Assembly: GCA_027022365.1 (NCBI GenBank)
Contig: JALVYU010000011.1
Coordinates: forward strand, 64,001 to 128,000
Length of the DNA: 64,000 bases
Reading direction: 5' to 3'
Origin: Desulfurococcales archaeon
Lineage (GTDB): Archaea > Thermoproteota > Thermoprotei_A > Sulfolobales > Desulfurococcaceae
A model generated the notes under the pieces. The model ran no database searches. It was given only the letters and a program-made list of their open reading frames with translations, and was not told the DNA's origin. The translations under genes and the position numbers were made by a program. Numbering within the stretch: position 1 is the stretch's first letter; each line of letters starts with the position of its first letter. This document shows positions 60,390-64,000 of the stretch, piece by piece.

Positions 60390-61274
60390 ATGGGGTTGCA
60401 AGACATCCTTAATAGATATGAAGTACAATTCAAGCCAAGAGAAGGCTATTGGCTCACAAAATGGCTCGTAGACGAGATAACAGGATCCAGGTCATGCATA
60501 GACGCAAGCCTAGACCTTGGGATAACCTGGAGCAAGCTATGCCTGGCCGATAATAAGATACTTGTAAACGATGTCCAGATCCCCCTTCTAGTGCCCAGGG
60601 AGCCTGACAGGATAATCTACATCAATGATCAAGGGATGGATGCATACGAAGTAGTCAGGAGAACAGATACTGGTTTTTACAAGTTAAAAGCCATTAAGAA
60701 ATACGGTGCCCCTACTCTCGAGATAAACGGGATACACATGCACCGGATAGTAGGAGTTGATCCCTGGACTGATTCACGGATAAAGGTAAGGGCCGCCAGG
60801 ATAAAGAAGGGCGTAAAGGTCCTCGATACATGTATGGGCCTGGGATATACTGCCATACACTCCGTTCTAAGAGGCGCAGAACTAGTTGTGACCATCGAGA
60901 AAGATGAGAACGTCTACTGGGTTGCAACACATAATCCCTGGAGCCATGGGCTTAGTGATGCACGTGTAAAGACATTATTGGGTGACGCCTCCAAGATCAT
61001 AGGCTTGTTCCCGGACTCTTCTTTCGACAGGATAATTCATGACCCTCCAAGATTCACGCGTAGAACAGGAGACTTATACAGTCTCGAGTTCTATCGCGAA
61101 GCCTACAGGGTTCTCCGTATAGGCGGGATTATGTTCCATTACACGGGAGAGCCGCGGAGACACGGTGCTCCAAGCATATTGAAAGGTATAAGTGAGCGGT
61201 TGAGGAAAGCTGGTTTCTATCCTGTGGTCTACGATAGGAGGGCTCAGGGGTTTGTCTGCCATAAACGTATATGA
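60390..61274 (+). CDS. SAM-dependent methyltransferase (COG2521-like)
   Basis: PTLEINGIHMH, VLDTCMGLGYTA, IIHDPPRF, FHYTG. Confidence 0.88.
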   Translation: MGLQDILNRYEVQFKPREGYWLTKWLVDEITGSRSCIDASLDLGITWSKLCLADNKILVNDVQIPLLVPREPDRIIYINDQGMDAYEVVRRTDTGFYKLKAIKKYGAPTLEINGIHMHRIVGVDPWTDSRIKVRAARIKKGVKVLDTCMGLGYTAIHSVLRGAELVVTIEKDENVYWVATHNPWSHGLSDARVKTLLGDASKIIGLFPDSSFDRIIHDPPRFTRRTGDLYSLEFYREAYRVLRIGGIMFHYTGEPRRHGAPSILKGISERLRKAGFYPVVYDRRAQGFVCHKRI

Positions 61275-61285
61275 TTATATGGTGC

Positions 61286-61651
61286 TTACCCAGTCTTCTC
61301 GATCTTTTCTAGTATCTCGTAGATATCTTTGCTGAACCCCGGGCGGAGCTCTCCATAGGCTTTCTTGATCTCCTCCCTGATCCTAGCGTTCACATTATAA
61401 CATCCCGACTCATGTACTAGGAATTTCTTATTCACAAGCCTTGCTATGGCCCTGTTAACGGTCAGCTCGATGATAACGTCATCGAACTCTGGGACTAGCT
61501 CGGGGTCTCTGAGCCTCTTGATTTCCTCTCTGATTTCTATAACGCTGATGATCTCGCCTGCACTAATGTGTTTCAGGAAATACTCCATGATCAGTCTTTC
61601 GAGCTTAGGGAGAGAAAGTATGTCTTTAACACCTGGTAGTTCGTCGAACAA
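61286..61651 (-). CDS. Hypothetical protein (wHTH-like)
   Basis: TTG start after SD GAGGGTGA; the ORF-track extension to 61840 overlaps the upstream gene. Confidence 0.7.
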   Translation of the reverse strand: MFDELPGVKDILSLPKLERLIMEYFLKHISAGEIISVIEIREEIKRLRDPELVPEFDDVIIELTVNRAIARLVNKKFLVHESGCYNVNARIREEIKKAYGELRPGFSKDIYEILEKIEKTG

Positions 61652-61667
61652 ACATTCATCACCCTCA

Positions 61668-62630
61668 CTAATAATACCATGTATTATAATATGTGTGTTC
61701 GTCAACCATGAATTTAGGGTTCTTCCTAGCCATACAGAAGTTTCTGAACAAACACTTATTGCATAAGGGTTCTTTATCCCGTAGACATATCTTGCGCCCC
61801 ATAATCCATAGATGATCATCGAGAAGCCCGGGATGTACACCGCTTTTGCGGGCCAATAATCTATATGCTCTTCTTATAGTCATTCTGAGCAGGACGTCCT
61901 CTTCCCATGTGACCTCTACACCTCTTGTAATCTTGTCCCATAGGGGACCACTAACCATTACTATGCCGAGCCTATAAGCTATCCTCGACAAGTGGTTATC
62001 AATTGCAAGGTCTAGCTCATCCATTATCTCTATGAGATCCCTTGCCTCAAGGAACTTGGCGAGAAGCATTGCCTTCTTTTCAACAGGGTCTTCGTACGCC
62101 CTGAAGACTCTTAGCCTCTCGACAAAACCCGGAGAGCTGATCGAACCGTGGAGTCTAACCTTATACCCTCCTATTAGCTTCTCAACGCTTCCATCATAGA
62201 GTTTAACGAGTTTCAATCCAAGATCTCTGAGGAGATAAGTTCTCACAACGATATCTGGGGGAGAAACATCACCGACCGATAACCATTCTCTTACCTCATC
62301 AGCGCTTATCTCCGTGAGGTGTTCTGGCGAGAAGAAATCAGGGTCATCATAATATTTCTTGGCCCCAAGCCTGTAGAGCAGGTCTGCACCGTGATAGAAT
62401 TCTCCATCAACATAGCCTTCGTACGGCTTCCCCGGCCGGCTGAGCCTGTGATCCATAGCTACCATGACGAGGAAATATCTTAGAACCTTTTCACGCTCAT
62501 CATCTCTTGGCGGATAGTATTTCGGGTCATAGACGTCCAGCTTCGACAGACTCGGCTTGTTTTTGCCCAGGACTCTTGCAGCTTTCTCGATAATCCGAGT
62601 ATCAATGCCTATGACTTCCAAGAAACACAC
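61668..62630 (-). CDS. Queuosine-salvage (DUF2419)-like / HhH-glycosylase-like protein with C-terminal Fe-S loop
   Basis: DPVEKKAMLL, AIDNHLSRIAYRLG, EEDVLLR, LDDHLW..GRKIC..PLCNKCLFRNFC. Confidence 0.65.
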   Translation of the reverse strand: MCFLEVIGIDTRIIEKAARVLGKNKPSLSKLDVYDPKYYPPRDDEREKVLRYFLVMVAMDHRLSRPGKPYEGYVDGEFYHGADLLYRLGAKKYYDDPDFFSPEHLTEISADEVREWLSVGDVSPPDIVVRTYLLRDLGLKLVKLYDGSVEKLIGGYKVRLHGSISSPGFVERLRVFRAYEDPVEKKAMLLAKFLEARDLIEIMDELDLAIDNHLSRIAYRLGIVMVSGPLWDKITRGVEVTWEEDVLLRMTIRRAYRLLARKSGVHPGLLDDHLWIMGRKICLRDKEPLCNKCLFRNFCMARKNPKFMVDEHTYYNTWYY

Positions 62631-62691
62631 CTCTACCAGGACAAGAGATTATTGTTTCCATCAACCTAAAAAATCGTAGGGAGAAGAAGAC

Positions 62692-63228
62692 TTGGTGGAG
62701 ACTATCTACGACTATGTTATTTCGAAGAAACTAGAACTGGTAAAGCCCACGATCATAGTCGGTGGCATCAAGTCGACGACGATCAAAGCCATCGATCTAA
62801 CAATCATAGGACGAGTACAAGTCAATGGCACGATATCGGCTGACAAACTAACGGTCATAGGCCACGGACTTGCATCCACGATAGAAGTAAAAGAGGCATA
62901 TCTGATCGCCAATGGTCCGTTATTCATTGATGTCCTTAAAGCAAACAAGGCTCTGATCATAGGCCGAAGAGGTTCCATCATAGCTGATTTCATCGAGGCA
63001 GACACGCTGTTCATGGAGAGATCATATGCTTCGAGAATAGTTGTTCAAACACTTAAACTATCGTGGGGGGTTGGGATAAGAATACTGGAAAATGCCCGCG
63101 AAATAGTGTTCTATGATCCACATGTGTGGTTCGAGGAGATCCGGGCCGAAAACCCAGCGATCACTTATAAGTACAGCATTCAAAAGCTCTCATCCGCGCC
63201 TCAACGACTTTCTCGCGAAGATTCATGA
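62692..63228 (+). CDS. Hypothetical beta-helical protein, bactofilin-like
   Basis: Short repeating strands (DLTIIGRVQVNGTISADKLTVIG, IEVKEA, LKANKA, IEADTL). Confidence 0.55.
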   Translation: MVETIYDYVISKKLELVKPTIIVGGIKSTTIKAIDLTIIGRVQVNGTISADKLTVIGHGLASTIEVKEAYLIANGPLFIDVLKANKALIIGRRGSIIADFIEADTLFMERSYASRIVVQTLKLSWGVGIRILENAREIVFYDPHVWFEEIRAENPAITYKYSIQKLSSAPQRLSREDS

Positions 63229-63373
63229 GGGTAGACGCTATAAGAAACAGTTCTCCAGGACTTATCTTGTCTCCGGGCTTGATCCTGCCTATCCGGCTTT
63301 CAATCTTATCGATAAGGTCTATTGCTTCCTCAAGCACCGGGACAAGATCCTTACAGTCGCTCTCTGAAGCCAT
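63161..63373 (-). CDS. Small hypothetical helical protein
   Basis: 70-aa ORF with ATG preceded by AGGTG; amphipathic helices. Confidence 0.55.
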   Translation of the reverse strand: MASESDCKDLVPVLEEAIDLIDKIESRIGRIKPGDKISPGELFLIASTLMNLREKVVEARMRAFECCTYK

Positions 63374-63742
63374 CTTAGCACCTATATGAATCCTGGTTAT
63401 GACAGTGTTAAAAATAATTTCTTACCGGAAAACATAGGAAGATAATATATGTTGATAGAATTACTTATCATACATAATTATAAGTCCGGATACAAAGCTA
63501 ACAAGGCTACCCAAGTATCAGCGGAAAACTTGTCGATTCATACTTGCTACGCCTTGGCTAGTACTCTGTGTTTAAATACGATGGAGCCTAGCACCGTATC
63601 TACAATTATGTGGTAAGCTCGAGAAGGCATCTTAAAAATCCGGCTGAGCATAGGAAGCGTAGGGAGATATCCTTATCTTAGCATCTATAGAATAACTATG
63701 AGGAGCTAGTACTCTGATGTTGTAGATAAATACATAGTATTA

Positions 63743-63846
63743 CCCCCCGGGGGAAAGATTTAAAGGCATATATATTCTCTTCTTGAGGTATAATGAGACC
63801 TCCTCATCGGAGGGGTGGGGGGTATCTTTTTATTTCCCCCCGGGGG
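63743..63846 (+). promoter_or_regulatory. speD-family promoter/leader with TATA box and two CCCCCCGGGGG palindromes
   Basis: GAAAGA-TTTAAAG (63753-63765); identical 11-mers at 63743-63753 and 63836-63846. Confidence 0.55.
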
Positions 63847-63858
63847 AGAAAACATTGA
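63793..63858 (+). CDS. Candidate leader peptide (uORF) MRPPHRRGGGYLFISPRGRKH
   Basis: ATG ~28 nt after the TATA box (leaderless position); its TGA abuts the in-frame ATG at 63859. Confidence 0.35.
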   Translation: MRPPHRRGGGYLFISPRGRKH

Positions 63859-63873
63859 ATGGGGGTGTCTGGG

Positions 63874-64000
63874 ATGACGGGGGTTATCTATATGGTTCGG
63901 GAGGAGGGGGGAGAAACTCCCGTTGTGGGGAGACATGTTTACGGCGAGCTTTACGGCTGCAACCCGGAGATCCTCAGCAATGAGAAAATGATTGAAGAGA
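63874..64000 (+). CDS. Pyruvoyl-dependent S-adenosylmethionine/arginine decarboxylase proenzyme (SpeD family), 5' part only
   Basis: Manual translation MTGVIYMVREEGGETPVVGRHVYGELYGCNPEILSNEKMIEE; VVGRHVYGELYGC is the family N-terminal strand; alternative starts at 63859 and 63892. Confidence 0.85.
   Translation, partial: MTGVIYMVREEGGETPVVGRHVYGELYGCNPEILSNEKMIEE

Noticed and set aside
61652-61840. N-terminal extension of the 61286 ORF given in the ORF track
   Set aside because: It overlaps the upstream same-strand gene; an SD-supported TTG at 61651 is more plausible.
63640-63720. Possible C/D box sRNA (ATGAGGA..CTGA)
   Set aside because: Only one plausible box pair with a 9-nt guide; no convincing partner C box at the right distance.

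Overview
Gene-dense archaeal chromosome segment. The short XPF, protein disulfide oxidoreductase, THUMP and class II HMG-CoA reductase genes are consistent with a hyperthermophilic crenarchaeon, probably Desulfurococcales-like (inference). Most of the window is housekeeping and transport genes: two ECF transporters, a sugar ABC system, a Zn/Mn ABC system, PiT, MgtE, a P-type H+-ATPase, metG, aglH, ogt and a radical SAM enzyme. The most unusual region is about 23.7-28.5 kb. There, tRNA-Arg(CCG) is followed by a tandem array of ~0.8-1.1 kb units carrying small toxin-antitoxin pairs. The units end in degenerate copies of the tRNA 3' half (3 clear, 2 weak) preceded by a conserved GGA..CTTATA arm. 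The three clear copies share a non-tRNA 8-nt T-loop, and no integrase is visible, which suggests an integron-like, tRNA-anchored TA cassette array. Other candidates are a threonine-synthase-fold protein with the PLP lysine replaced by Arg and fused to a wHTH, next to a vitamin-type ECF operon; an Arg/Pro-rich leaderless uORF in front of a SpeD-family decarboxylase; two intergenic rRNA-guide sRNA candidates; and a frameshifted Frh-like [NiFe]-hydrogenase operon. All family assignments come from motif recognition by eye; no database searches were run.
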